DNA from: Elusimicrobiota bacterium
GTDB taxonomy: Bacteria; Elusimicrobiota; Elusimicrobia; UBA1565; UBA9628
Direction: 5' to 3'
NCBI GenBank assembly: GCA_027451985.1
Contig: DAIDHS010000014.1
Coordinates: forward strand, 1,748 to 65,747
Length of the DNA stretch: 64,000 nucleotides
Shown: piece after piece, positions 48,954-57,931 of the stretch
How the letters are laid out: each line of letters begins with the position of its first letter
Numbering within the stretch: position 1 is the first letter of the stretch
The notes under the pieces: model-generated
Database searches by the model: none
The model's input: only the letters and a program-made list of their open reading frames with translations
What the model was told of the DNA's origin: nothing
Translations under genes and position numbers: made by a program

Positions 48954-51900
48954 CTACTTTACGACCACGATCTTCTGCGTCTTGGAAATCCCCGGGCCGT
49001 CGATGTGAATAAGGTAGACCCCGCTGGCCACCGTCGAGCCTCTCAGGTTCTTGCCGTACCAGTCCACCGAGCCCTGCCCCGCGGGCTCGTCCGCGTCCAA
49101 CAAAGTCTCCACCAGCGCGCCGTTCAGGGTGTAGAGCTTGAGCGAGACGTGCCCCGAGCTCTGCAGCTGGTACTTGATGGTGGTCTTCTGCCCGTCCATC
49201 GGATCGAAAACGTTGTTCCACGCCTGCATGTCCGTGGTGTTGGCGCCCAGGTTCAAGGCGTTGGAGAGCCCGAAGGACACCGTGTCGCTCGAGCTGTCCG
49301 TGCCGAACACCTCCACGTAGACCGAGCCCACGGCCGGGAAGCGCGCCGCAAAACCCGGCAGGATCTTGATTTGCCCGCTCATGGAGCCGGCCGCGTCCGT
49401 CGTGGAGAGCACCGTAAGGTAGGGCGAGCCCGCGTTGGTCTGGGTCTGGGCCAGCACGTTTTGCCCCTGGTCCCGCAGCTGGGCGTAGGCGAAGACGTAG
49501 GTCGGCGTCGAGCCGATGACGGGCGTGGCCGCGTCGAAGCTGATGACGTCGTTGTCGTAGGAGGCGTTGACGATTTGGCCGTTCAAGGCCCCGGCCGCGC
49601 TGTAGGAGACCGACAAGGTATAAGGAAGGGAGTTGCTCACCCCGCTGTTGGAGTCGTTGCCCGTGGGCGAGGCGGCCACGCGGAGGTAGAAGTGCCCGGA
49701 GCCCGCGTTATTATAGGAAAGAGTGACTTGCTGCTGGGTGGTGGTGCAGTCCTGCGCGCTGCAGACCTGCACGCCGCCGGCGTAACCCGTGCCCACGCCG
49801 TTTAAGGCCGGCTGCGCGTCCTCGACCACGTTATGGTTGGCGTCGAAGAGCGTCAGGCCGTAGGCCGAGTAGTAGCCCTGGCCGTCGGCCGAGCCCGGCA
49901 AAGTGAGCGTGACGGTGACGGGGCCCGGCCCCGCGCCGAAGGTGTAGTAGTTCTCCTGGCCCGCGGTGGCGATGTAGCCCTGCACGGTGGGCGTGGTGGA
50001 GACGTCGACCGCGCTGGCAAAGCCCCCGCCCGCGGACGCGGTCAAGCCGTGCGCGGAAAAGGCGTTGTCCACGTAGCCCTGGATGGTGCCGGCGGTCAAG
50101 CCGCCGATGGCGCTGCAGCCGGACAAAGCGGAATAGTTCTGCGCCGCGGCGTCCAGGGCGTCCTGAAACTCGCCGAAGCTTTCGGGGTAGGACAAGAGCG
50201 CCGTGAACTCGAGCTCGTTGGCGCAGGCAACACCATTGGCCGCGCTCTGGGAGAGCAGGTGCCGGCGCACGTCCCACAGAGCCTGGCTCAAGAACAGGCT
50301 GTCGGTGTGGATTTCCCCGCTCCAGTTGTTGCTGGCGCCCGAGGTGAGCACGGCGCAGTGCGGGCCCTCGGAGCAGGACGTGCAGGAGGCCGCGCCCGGG
50401 CAGTTGGTGAACTGGGCCGAGTTGTCGTCCAACTCCCGCAGGGGCGTGTAGCCGTAGCCCAGCTCCTGGAGCACGTAGGCCGCGATGTTGGGGTCGCCCA
50501 AGGAGCTGGCCGACCAGTAGTCGGCGTTGGCCTCCGAGATGGCGCCCGCCTGGCCGAAGTTCTGGATGTTCCAGATTTTCTGCACCACGAAGTGCGTGTA
50601 CTCGTGGCGCACGACCGTGGCGTCGTCCGCGAACATGTCCGAGGGCAGGGAGTCCGACTGGTCGCCGAAGAACAAGTCGTCGTGCTTGGGGTCGTAGAAG
50701 GCGTTGGTGAGGTCGCTGGCCAGGGCCACGGCCGCGACGGGCTTCAAGGTGATGGCCGAGGCCCCGGCCGCGGACATCGCGCCGGCGAAGTAGTCGTGCA
50801 TCATGTTCAGCTGGTAGTAGAGGCTCTGTTCGCTGTGCAGGCCGCTGTAGGTGTAGGAGGACGGCCACCAGTCCACGTCGTCCGAGGGCCCGGAGACGCC
50901 GGGGTTGCTCAGCACCAGGCAGCTTGACGTCGCCACGTCGAAGCCGTAGGCGCCGGAGCCCCCGCCGGCGGCGTTTAATTCCAAGACCATCTTCTGGCCG
51001 ATGCCCGCGGTGCCGTGGAACGAGCCGCCGTAGGTGCCCACGTAGTCCGCGATGGGGTTGCCGAAGGAGTCGAAGGCCGTCAGCTGGTCGTCCTGCTCGA
51101 TGCCGCTGGCTTCTCCGCCCGAGCCCGTGCCGTTGAAGCTCGCGTTGTTATAGATGCCCACGGTCAGCTGCGAGAACACCGGCAAAAACTCGACGGCGTT
51201 GGGCACCAGGCTCGCGACGCTCAAAGTGGAATACGTGATCGAATACGGGGCGTAGGGGTGCGCGGAGGACAAGGGCGTCGAGACCACCTGCCAGGACGCG
51301 CCGTTGTTCTCGTAGTGCGCGTTGGGGCCCTGGTAGTTGGAGACGCTCACGTAGGAGCCCTGCAAGGTGGTGAAGACCTCGCCGGTGGTGGCAATCGAGT
51401 AGGTGCCGTTGGAGGCGGTGGTGGTGCAGTCGGCCGAGGACCCGGCGCAGACGCGCTCATAAGGAAAGGGCTGCAGGGACGCGGGCGTGGAGCTGGGGTC
51501 GACGCCGTAGACCACGCCTCTGACGGTGCCCGCCTCGGCCGACTGGTAGCCGTCGTAGCGGAACAAAATCGCGCCCGTCTCGGCGTCCACGTAGTAGCGC
51601 CAGGCGGCGCCGGGCGCCTGCACGCCCACGCGCCAGGCGAGCTTGTCGCCGCCGCTTTGCCGGTCGGGCCAGACCACCAGCGTCCCCGTGCCCGCCTGCG
51701 CGCCCGAGCCCGCGTCCGCGTCCGCGACCTGCGCGGCCTGGGATTCCGGAATGCCGGGCGTCACGCTCAAATTCAAGGACGGCTCGAAGCTGGAATGGTA
51801 GTTGAAGACCGAGCCGTTTTGGTCCACGTCCATCTTCACCTGCGCGAACTCGACCGGCAGGCCCTGGTAGACCTGCGAGAACAAAAAGTGCGTCACGCCG

Positions 51901-52280
51901 GCGGCGGAAATCTCGTGGGTGAGCGTCAAGGCGTTGGGGTCGATGCCCAGCATGGCGGCGTTCCTCGACATGAACTCGTAGGCCGCCACGCGCGGCCCGC
52001 CCTGAACCGCCTGCGAGCGCCCGCCGGTCAAGGCCGAGAGGCTGCCGTTGCGGGAGCTAAAGCGCGCGCGCCACTGCCACTTGCGCGCCCTGTTGTAGTT
52101 GTTGAAGGCGCTTAAAGGACCGTAGGCCGCGGGCTTGTTGGACGGAAAAAGCGTCTGCAGGCCGAAGCGTTGGATGTCGCGGCTGTCCCTGCGGCCGAGG
52201 GTGACGGCCCAAGCGGGACCAACGGCCGCCGCGCCCAAAGCCGCGGCGGCCAGCAAAGCGGCCCAGCGCCGGGGCCTCAC
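48954..52280 (-). CDS. large secreted M4/M36-like zinc metalloprotease with beta-rich domains and a T9SS-type / FlgD-Ig-like C-terminal domain
   Basis: 1108 aa with signal peptide MRPRRWAALLAAAALGAAAVGPAWA. Zincin motif HEYTHFVV ... GAISEANADYW (HExxH + GAxxEAxxD). The last ~80 aa are KTTIKYQLQSSGHVSLKLYTLNGALVETLLDADEPAGQGSVDWYGKNLRGSTVASGVYLIHIDGPGISKTQKIVVVK. Confidence 0.7.
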   Translation of the reverse strand: MRPRRWAALLAAAALGAAAVGPAWAVTLGRRDSRDIQRFGLQTLFPSNKPAAYGPLSAFNNYNRARKWQWRARFSSRNGSLSALTGGRSQAVQGGPRVAAYEFMSRNAAMLGIDPNALTLTHEISAAGVTHFLFSQVYQGLPVEFAQVKMDVDQNGSVFNYHSSFEPSLNLSVTPGIPESQAAQVADADAGSGAQAGTGTLVVWPDRQSGGDKLAWRVGVQAPGAAWRYYVDAETGAILFRYDGYQSAEAGTVRGVVYGVDPSSTPASLQPFPYERVCAGSSADCTTTASNGTYSIATTGEVFTTLQGSYVSVSNYQGPNAHYENNGASWQVVSTPLSSAHPYAPYSITYSTLSVASLVPNAVEFLPVFSQLTVGIYNNASFNGTGSGGEASGIEQDDQLTAFDSFGNPIADYVGTYGGSFHGTAGIGQKMVLELNAAGGGSGAYGFDVATSSCLVLSNPGVSGPSDDVDWWPSSYTYSGLHSEQSLYYQLNMMHDYFAGAMSAAGASAITLKPVAAVALASDLTNAFYDPKHDDLFFGDQSDSLPSDMFADDATVVRHEYTHFVVQKIWNIQNFGQAGAISEANADYWSASSLGDPNIAAYVLQELGYGYTPLRELDDNSAQFTNCPGAASCTSCSEGPHCAVLTSGASNNWSGEIHTDSLFLSQALWDVRRHLLSQSAANGVACANELEFTALLSYPESFGEFQDALDAAAQNYSALSGCSAIGGLTAGTIQGYVDNAFSAHGLTASAGGGFASAVDVSTTPTVQGYIATAGQENYYTFGAGPGPVTVTLTLPGSADGQGYYSAYGLTLFDANHNVVEDAQPALNGVGTGYAGGVQVCSAQDCTTTQQQVTLSYNNAGSGHFYLRVAASPTGNDSNSGVSNSLPYTLSVSYSAAGALNGQIVNASYDNDVISFDAATPVIGSTPTYVFAYAQLRDQGQNVLAQTQTNAGSPYLTVLSTTDAAGSMSGQIKILPGFAARFPAVGSVYVEVFGTDSSSDTVSFGLSNALNLGANTTDMQAWNNVFDPMDGQKTTIKYQLQSSGHVSLKLYTLNGALVETLLDADEPAGQGSVDWYGKNLRGSTVASGVYLIHIDGPGISKTQKIVVVK

Positions 52281-53479
52281 TTCTTCCCCCGGCGCGGCTC
52301 AAGCCGCTTTAAGATGATCCGCGCGGCGTCCACGCGCAGCAGCTTGGAGTCGTCCTTCTCCATCTCGGATTTAAGCAAGTCCAAGGACTCGGCGCCGGGC
52401 GTGAGCGCCAGGAGGTCCAGGCCCAGCTTGCGGATGTCCTCGTCGGAGTTGGAGAGAGCGGGCTTGACCGTGGACAAATCGACCGCGTCGCCGCGGCGCA
52501 AGAGGCCCTGGGCCGCGATGAGCTCGGTCGACAAATCGGGCGCGTTGGCAAAGGCCTGCGCGACGGCCGCGGAGCTGGCCTGGTCGCTGAAATCCGCCAA
52601 AGTCTGCAGGGCCTGGGAGCGCACGTCCGCGTCCGAGTCCGCCAAGCCATTGGTCAAGAGCGGCACGGCGTCCGCCGCGGAGAAATGCGCGGCGGCGGAC
52701 ATGACCTCGGAGCGCACCGAGGCGTCCGAGTCGTCCGCGGCGGCCGCGACCGCGGCCACGGCCTTGGGCGTGGCGATGTGGCCCAGCGCCTGCACGGCCG
52801 CGACGCGCACGCCGGGGTTGGAGCTTTTGACCGCGGTCAAAAAGCGCGCGGTAAATTCGTCCAAGCCCAGGCCCGCCAGCGCCTCGGCGGTGGCGTCGCG
52901 GACCGGGCCGTAGGGGTCGTCCAAGGTCGTCTCAAAAACCTTGACCGCCTTTTCGCCAAGCGCCGTGTCCCCTTTGCCGATGACGCGCAGCTCTCTGATG
53001 GCGTCGATGCGCAGGCGCTCCTTGACCATGAGCTTCAACTCGTCGATGGGGCTGGGGTTGTCGGGCGCCTTGGGCTCGGTCTTGGCAATATCGAGAATGA
53101 TCGCAAAGGCGGCCTTGTCGCCCAAAGCGTAGAGGCTTTTGGCCGCGGCCAGGCGCACGGAGCCGTCCTTGTCCTTGAGCATTTTGACCAGCAGCGGCTT
53201 GGCCGCGGGGTTGCCCAGCTCCCCCCACGCCGCCGCGGCGGAGGAACGCACTTCCGGATCGGAGTTTTTCCCCGCCTGGACCAGCACCGCCAGCGCCGCG
53301 CGCCCCAGCAGCGCCTCGGGGCTCGGCGGCGGCTGGGCCCGCTCGCGCCGGCGCGCGAACGCGCGGGGATGATGCGCGCGCGGGGCCGCCAGGGCAGGAG
53401 ACGCGCACGCCAGCGCCAAGGCGCAGGCCATCAATGGAGGAAGCCGCATCAGAATCCTATGGTATTTCCGCGGGTTTAC
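52277..53479 (-). CDS. secreted HEAT/PBS-lyase-repeat protein
   Basis: Start at MRLPPLMACALALACASPALA. Repeated DxxVRxxAxxAL units are present (DSDADVRSQALQTL, DPYGPVRDATAEAL, NPGVRVAAVQAL). Confidence 0.55.
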   Translation of the reverse strand, partial: VNPRKYHRILMRLPPLMACALALACASPALAAPRAHHPRAFARRRERAQPPPSPEALLGRAALAVLVQAGKNSDPEVRSSAAAAWGELGNPAAKPLLVKMLKDKDGSVRLAAAKSLYALGDKAAFAIILDIAKTEPKAPDNPSPIDELKLMVKERLRIDAIRELRVIGKGDTALGEKAVKVFETTLDDPYGPVRDATAEALAGLGLDEFTARFLTAVKSSNPGVRVAAVQALGHIATPKAVAAVAAAADDSDASVRSEVMSAAAHFSAADAVPLLTNGLADSDADVRSQALQTLADFSDQASSAAVAQAFANAPDLSTELIAAQGLLRRGDAVDLSTVKPALSNSDEDIRKLGLDLLALTPGAESLDLLKSEMEKDDSKLLRVDAARIILKRLEPRRGKK

Positions 53480-53530
53480 GGAAATATTTCGCCCAAATAA
53501 CGTTTCAGTTAAACCGTATAAGGAAAGCCG

Positions 53531-53602
53531 TGGGCCCGCCAGGAATCGAACCCGGATCCTGTGGTTCGAAGCCACATACTCTATCCATTGAGCTACGGGC
53601 CC
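53531..53602 (-). tRNA. tRNA-Arg (anticodon TCG)
   Basis: Hand-folded: acceptor GGGCCCG/CGGGCCC, anticodon arm UGUGG-CUUCGAA-CCACA, T arm CCGGG-UUCGAUU-CCUGG, discriminator A, no encoded CCA. Confidence 0.85.
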
Positions 53603-53807
53603 AAGGTGTGTATTTTACCATGGCGCTAAAGCAATTCCTATAGACGCGCCAGGTGCGCAGGTGCGGGCGCGAGAGGTGGGCATATCGAAGGGTCATCGCA
53701 GGCGTGGAGTGCCCTAAAATCTCCTGCACGGCGCGCAAATCGGCGGTCTTCATCACGAAATGAGAGGCAAAGGTATGCCGGAGGTCGTGAAAGCAGAAAT
53801 GGGGCAC
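53603..53807 (-). pseudogene. tyrosine recombinase (phage integrase family) C-terminal remnant abutting tRNA-Arg
   Basis: Only the last ~50 aa of an integrase catalytic domain are present (HFCFHDLRHTFASHFV...ILGHSTPAMTLRYAHLS, with the R-H-R-Y elements). There is no upstream continuation, and the reading frame runs on through the tRNA only by chance. Confidence 0.55.
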
Positions 53808-53846
53808 GCCAGAGGCCTTCCTGGCCTTATTAAACAGCCGTTCAAA

Positions 53847-54554
53847 TTAAAGAAATTGAGCGACGAGTTTTTGGAATGCCTTGTCTAAAGGCATCAATCT
53901 CTCTTTAATCTTTTTGCTGGTATAGCCAGTCTTGCGGTAGGCTGGGATGAAGCTTTCCTTAAAATCCCCATCGTCAGTAGCAAGGTCAATCAGAAATCCA
54001 TTTTGGCTAATGGGGGCAATGCCAAAAAGGAGTGCTTTCTCCGACTGCAAGCGCAAAAATTTATTGTCGCGCAAATCTGCATGATTTTTATGCAACCAAG
54101 TGTCTTTCCAATCACAAAAAACTTCTACCTGTCTTTCACCCTTACTTCCCTTAATGACAATGTCTGGCTGGGTCGATATTTTTCTAGGAGTCAAGAATTC
54201 TCTGAATCGGTCATGTCCATGCAATATGGCTACTCCACCTTTATTTTCTATGGCCCATATCACCGCATCTTCAATGAGCCAACCAAGAACCAGGTCGACT
54301 GCATACTCGTGAGGCTTTCGCGAATCCTTAAGCCATCCAAGGTTACACTTTTGTTCGAAATACTCAAAAACGGCATCGGACAAGCTTTTCCCAAGAACTT
54401 CCTGAAAAGCAATTTTTTTGGAAATTTCGGTTTCCGGGAAACGATCGTTTTTATATTTATTCAAGACCTGTTTAAAGTCCAAACCCAGTGCGCTTATTGA
54501 AATCAGGCATGAATCCACTTTCCCTTGGTAAGTTTCACTTAACGAATGGCTCAT
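53847..54554 (-). CDS. putative type II restriction endonuclease (PD-(D/E)xK-like)
   Basis: 235 aa, low GC, directly downstream of the C-protein gene. Candidate motif QPDIVIKGSKGERQVEVFCDWK (PD...E...DxK). No family recognised. Confidence 0.4.
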   Translation of the reverse strand: MSHSLSETYQGKVDSCLISISALGLDFKQVLNKYKNDRFPETEISKKIAFQEVLGKSLSDAVFEYFEQKCNLGWLKDSRKPHEYAVDLVLGWLIEDAVIWAIENKGGVAILHGHDRFREFLTPRKISTQPDIVIKGSKGERQVEVFCDWKDTWLHKNHADLRDNKFLRLQSEKALLFGIAPISQNGFLIDLATDDGDFKESFIPAYRKTGYTSKKIKERLMPLDKAFQKLVAQFL

Positions 54555-54577
54555 GAATGCCTCGCAGTTTAAGAGTC

Positions 54578-54784
54578 TTAGAAAAATGTTCGAACCGTAG
54601 TTTTCAGCGCCTTTGCCAACCGAAGCATGGTTTTAAGCGAAATGTTGCGCCGACCACGCTCCACCAAGCTTATGTAGGTCCGATGAAGGCCGGCTAATTC
54701 GGCAAGACGCTCCTGAGAAACGCCCCGCCCCCTACGAAGGGCACGAAGTTTTTTCCCGAACCGAGCAAGATCCGTGTTTGACAT
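54578..54784 (-). CDS. R-M controller (C) protein, XRE-type helix-turn-helix
   Basis: 68 aa from MSNTDLARFGKKLRALRRGRGVSQERLAELAGLHRTYISLVERGRRNISLKTMLRLAKAL. The HTH is canonical and the gene lies upstream of the REase. Confidence 0.6.
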   Translation of the reverse strand: MSNTDLARFGKKLRALRRGRGVSQERLAELAGLHRTYISLVERGRRNISLKTMLRLAKALKTTVRTFF

Positions 54785-54807
54785 TATTGTTGATGGAACC
54801 AAATGGC

Positions 54808-54833
54808 AGACTAACAGTCTACAGACTATGAGC
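54808..54833 (-). promoter_or_regulatory. C-box operator (GACT-N3-AGTC type) upstream of C gene
   Basis: AGACTaacAGTCT followed 2 bp later by AGACTatgAGC. This matches the tandem GACT-N3-AGTC C-box architecture of C.PvuII-like systems. Confidence 0.5.
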
Positions 54834-54884
54834 AACGTTACGGTGGTGAAAAAGCATCGTTCAAGTTGCTATACTAGGCTAAAC

Positions 54885-56018
54885 ATGAAGCCCCTCAGGT
54901 GCGTCGATCTATTCTCAGGCGCGGGTGGTTTTTCTGCCGGCCTGCAGAAAGAAGGATTTAGCACGCTTTTCGCCGTTGAGATCGATTTAGACGCGTGCGC
55001 TACCTTCAAAGCCAATCACCCCAATGCAGATTTATTCAGAGACAACATTGCCAAACTGACTACGACGAATCTGCTGAAGCGACTTAAAGTTAAACCCGGA
55101 GATCTAGAACTTTTGGTTGGTGGTCCCCCATGTCAAGGTTTTAGCACGGTGGGCAACAAAAACATGGACGATCCACGCAACCAGTTATTCCGCCATTACT
55201 TCAGAATTGTCGAAAAGCTTCGGCCGCAATTCGTCATTTTTGAAAACGTGACGGGGTTTAAACGCCTCTATGATGGCCGGGCTTTCGAATCGGTGTGCTC
55301 GGAGTTCCAAAGGCTCGATTATGCCGTAGAAGCAAGGATCCTCAACGCCGCCCACTACGGAGTTCCCCAACTAAGAGAACGGACCATCGTCGTTGGCCAT
55401 GAAAAGGGCACCCGATTTTCCTGGCCTTCACACACCCACTCCGTGGAAGAAGACGAACTGTTGTTGGCGACGGGACACCTAAAAAAAGCCGTCACGCTTG
55501 GTGAAGCTCTTGGAGATTTACCTCAGATTGCCGCCGGGGAAACGTCTCAGCATTACGCCTGCGCCCCTCAAAACGATTATCAGCGAGCACGTCGCAAAAA
55601 GTTGTCAAAACTAACCGAGCACGAAGCCCCAAAACACGGCCCCAAGCTTCTCGAAGTCATCAAGCACGTTCCCGTTGGAGGGTGCGTCCTTGACGTCCCG
55701 AAACATTTAAGGCCCCGCGGATATTTCAACAACACCTACGCACGCCTCTGGTGGGACAAGCCCTCCACGACAATCACTCGCAATTTTGGCACGCCATCGT
55801 CTAGCCGATGCATTCACCCCCTGCTAGATCGTGGATTAACGACGCGGGAAGGTGCGCGCCTACAAAGCTTTGACGACGATTTCCAATTTACCGGCTCGAA
55901 CTCGTCCAAGAATCTTCAAATTGGGAATGCCGTTCCTCCTCTGTTGGCCGCAGCTCTCGGAAGAGCCGTAAAAGAATCACTGTCTTTGCCTAGCGCCCTC
56001 GCCGCAATTCCGAGGTAA
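54885..56018 (+). CDS. DNA (cytosine-5)-methyltransferase
   Basis: Start at MKPLRCVDLFSGAGGFSAGL (motif I). Motif IV is GGPPCQGFS and motif VI is ENV (FVIFENVTGF). The C-terminus has the target-recognition region and motif X. Confidence 0.9.
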   Translation: MKPLRCVDLFSGAGGFSAGLQKEGFSTLFAVEIDLDACATFKANHPNADLFRDNIAKLTTTNLLKRLKVKPGDLELLVGGPPCQGFSTVGNKNMDDPRNQLFRHYFRIVEKLRPQFVIFENVTGFKRLYDGRAFESVCSEFQRLDYAVEARILNAAHYGVPQLRERTIVVGHEKGTRFSWPSHTHSVEEDELLLATGHLKKAVTLGEALGDLPQIAAGETSQHYACAPQNDYQRARRKKLSKLTEHEAPKHGPKLLEVIKHVPVGGCVLDVPKHLRPRGYFNNTYARLWWDKPSTTITRNFGTPSSSRCIHPLLDRGLTTREGARLQSFDDDFQFTGSNSSKNLQIGNAVPPLLAAALGRAVKESLSLPSALAAIPR

Positions 56019-56029
56019 GCGCCTCCACC

Positions 56030-56467
56030 ATGCTTAGGCGCCGCCACGGCTCTGAGCACTGGTACAGCACGAAACGGACGACGTCCCGAATGCGCAAAGT
56101 ACGCAGCCATGGCACCGGCTTGGAATCCGCAATGAGGTTCATCTTGCGCAAGCTGGACTTAAGATTTTCCGAACAACCCAAACTTTTTGGAAAACCCGAT
56201 TTCAGAATAAAGGGGACGCCTTTCCTGGTATTTTGCGACAGCTCTTTTTGGCATGGGCGCGGAATTCCCACAACGAGCAAACATCGCTTCGGAAAGAACA
56301 AAGACCTTTGGCTAAAGAAACTTCACCGCAACGCCATGCGGGATCGCGCAGTAAACAAAACTCTAAGAAAAAATGGCTGGAAAGTACTTCGATTCTGGGA
56401 CACCGACATTTTAAGGTCTCCACAAGAAGTCGCGAACACGCTCGTTGGCCGTCTATCGAATAGATAG
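56030..56467 (+). CDS. vsr: very-short-patch repair endonuclease Vsr
   Basis: 145 aa. GKPDFRIKGTPFLVFCDSSFWHGRG matches the Vsr core (GKPDIV...FVHGCFWHGH). Confidence 0.8.
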   Translation: MLRRRHGSEHWYSTKRTTSRMRKVRSHGTGLESAMRFILRKLDLRFSEQPKLFGKPDFRIKGTPFLVFCDSSFWHGRGIPTTSKHRFGKNKDLWLKKLHRNAMRDRAVNKTLRKNGWKVLRFWDTDILRSPQEVANTLVGRLSNR

Positions 56468-56512
56468 GACCTCCCCTAGGGAACTTTTTCGCAAACCACT
56501 CGTAGTATAGCC

Positions 56513-56800
56513 ATGATCTTCCAAATGCATTCGACTTGCAACCACTGTGGCGGACAATCCGCACTCGAAACGGATGATTCGAATTTTGAGCTTTTCGAAA
56601 ACTGTCTCGAATGTGGATGGTATTTCCATCGAGAACTTCTTGGAGACTCTCCCAAGGTACGGAAAGGCTTCGCTTCATTGTCCGAAGTTAACTCTTTGAG
56701 AGAAACGGAAGGCCTCGGTCCATTGTCTAGTTTGCGAAATCCCATCAACACGAAAAAGCCCGTTATCGAGTACCAGGAGGCGCCACCAGAAAGTTCGTGA
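56513..56800 (+). CDS. small zinc-ribbon hypothetical protein at island edge (doubtful)
   Basis: 95 aa with CNHC...CLEC pairs, in low-GC DNA. Confidence 0.3.
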   Translation: MIFQMHSTCNHCGGQSALETDDSNFELFENCLECGWYFHRELLGDSPKVRKGFASLSEVNSLRETEGLGPLSSLRNPINTKKPVIEYQEAPPESS

Positions 56801-56860
56801 CGTTGACGTCCCCCCAAAAAACTTAGGCATTACAAATTAGCTCCCAACTAAACATCCCCC

Positions 56861-57823
56861 CTACCTCCCAATCATCCCAATCGTTTGAAGCCACGTCCGC
56901 GCCAGGCGGGGCCAGCGCGTGATGGGCCGCGCCGTGCGCCGCAGGCCGAAGGCGTGCCCGCCGCGGGCGTAGAGATGCATCTCCACCGGCACGCCCGCGT
57001 CCTTGAGCGCGACGTAGTACGCCAGCGCCTGGCTGACGCCGTCGACGCGGTCGTCCTCCGCCTGCACGATGAACGTGGGCGGCGTGCGGCGCGTGACGCG
57101 CAGCGCGGGGTTGAGCGTCAGCGCGCCTTGGCCCCCGCGCGGCCGCCACAGGTGGCCGGGGTAGACGAGCATGGAAAAATCCGGCCGGCAGCTCTCTTGG
57201 TCCGCGGCGTCTTGGGCCGGGTAGGCGCGCGGGCTAAAATCCGCCGCGGTCTTGGCGGCCAGGTATCCGCCCGCGGAAAAGCCGATGACGCCGATTTTAT
57301 CCGGCGCAACGCCCCAGCGTGCGGCCCGAAAGCGCAGCAGGCTAATCGCGCGCTGCGCGTCCTCGAAGGCCGTGGGGGCCTTGGGCTCGCGGCGGCGGCG
57401 CAGGGCCTCATCCCAATAGTCCTCCGACCTCGGCACGCGGTATTTGAGCAGCGCGCACGTGACCCCCAGGGGCGTCAGCCAGCGGCAGACTTCCGTGCCT
57501 TCCAGATCCATCGCCAGCCCCATGAAGCCCCCGCCGGGAAAGACGACCACGGCCGCCCCCGTGTTCCTGCTTTGCGCGGGAAAGACCGTGAGCGTGGGCG
57601 AGGAGACGTCGGTCACCCAGGTCCAGGGCTTGCCCGCGACGAACTCGGCGCTGCTGACCGAGACCGAGGACTCGGGCCCCGGCGCGGGGACGGCGTCCGG
57701 AGCGGCCCCGGGCCAGAGCGGAATTTGCACTAGGCCCGCGGGCGGCTGCCAGGCCTTGGCCCAGGAAGGCGCCGGCGCGGCCAAGCCCAGCCCGGCGGCC
57801 AGCGCGCATAAAATCGCTTTCAT
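56861..57823 (-). CDS. secreted alpha/beta-hydrolase (esterase/lipase-type)
   Basis: 320 aa with signal peptide MKAILCALAAGLGLAAPAPSWA. Nucleophile elbow IGFSAGGYLAA, an oxyanion HGGG-like VVFPGGGF, and a C-terminal Asp/His. Confidence 0.7.
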   Translation of the reverse strand: MKAILCALAAGLGLAAPAPSWAKAWQPPAGLVQIPLWPGAAPDAVPAPGPESSVSVSSAEFVAGKPWTWVTDVSSPTLTVFPAQSRNTGAAVVVFPGGGFMGLAMDLEGTEVCRWLTPLGVTCALLKYRVPRSEDYWDEALRRRREPKAPTAFEDAQRAISLLRFRAARWGVAPDKIGVIGFSAGGYLAAKTAADFSPRAYPAQDAADQESCRPDFSMLVYPGHLWRPRGGQGALTLNPALRVTRRTPPTFIVQAEDDRVDGVSQALAYYVALKDAGVPVEMHLYARGGHAFGLRRTARPITRWPRLARTWLQTIGMIGR

Positions 57824-57931
57824 GTTTTATCCCCTTTTCGCCGCCGGACCGGCCAACGACTAGCCGCCTGCCGGCCGGGGCTATTCTACATATAAAGGAA
57901 GGCGGCCTCGCCGGGGGCCAAGTTGGCCCCT

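Larger units (their letters stand above)
53603..56860. mobile_element. low-GC genomic island (integrase remnant + C-controlled type II restriction-modification system + Vsr) at tRNA-Arg
   Basis: Base composition drops sharply relative to the flanks. The island contains an int remnant, a C-protein gene, a REase candidate, an m5C MTase and vsr. The boundaries are approximate. Confidence 0.55.

Noticed and set aside
53505-53807. 100-aa ORF read as an intact gene
   Set aside because: Only the N-terminal ~50 aa are integrase-like. The rest is the reverse complement of tRNA-Arg and downstream DNA, so this is an integrase remnant and not a gene.
56202-56817. Minus-strand ORFs 56202..56678 and 56476..56817
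   Set aside because: They overlap vsr and the small zinc-ribbon ORF on the opposite strand, inside the low-GC island. They are Cys/Ser-rich junk translations.
56881-56900. Possible attR (partial tRNA-Arg echo gtttgaagccacgtcc)
   Set aside because: It is only ~14/17 identical and inside the esterase coding region. It is too weak to call as a feature, so it is mentioned only under the island finding.
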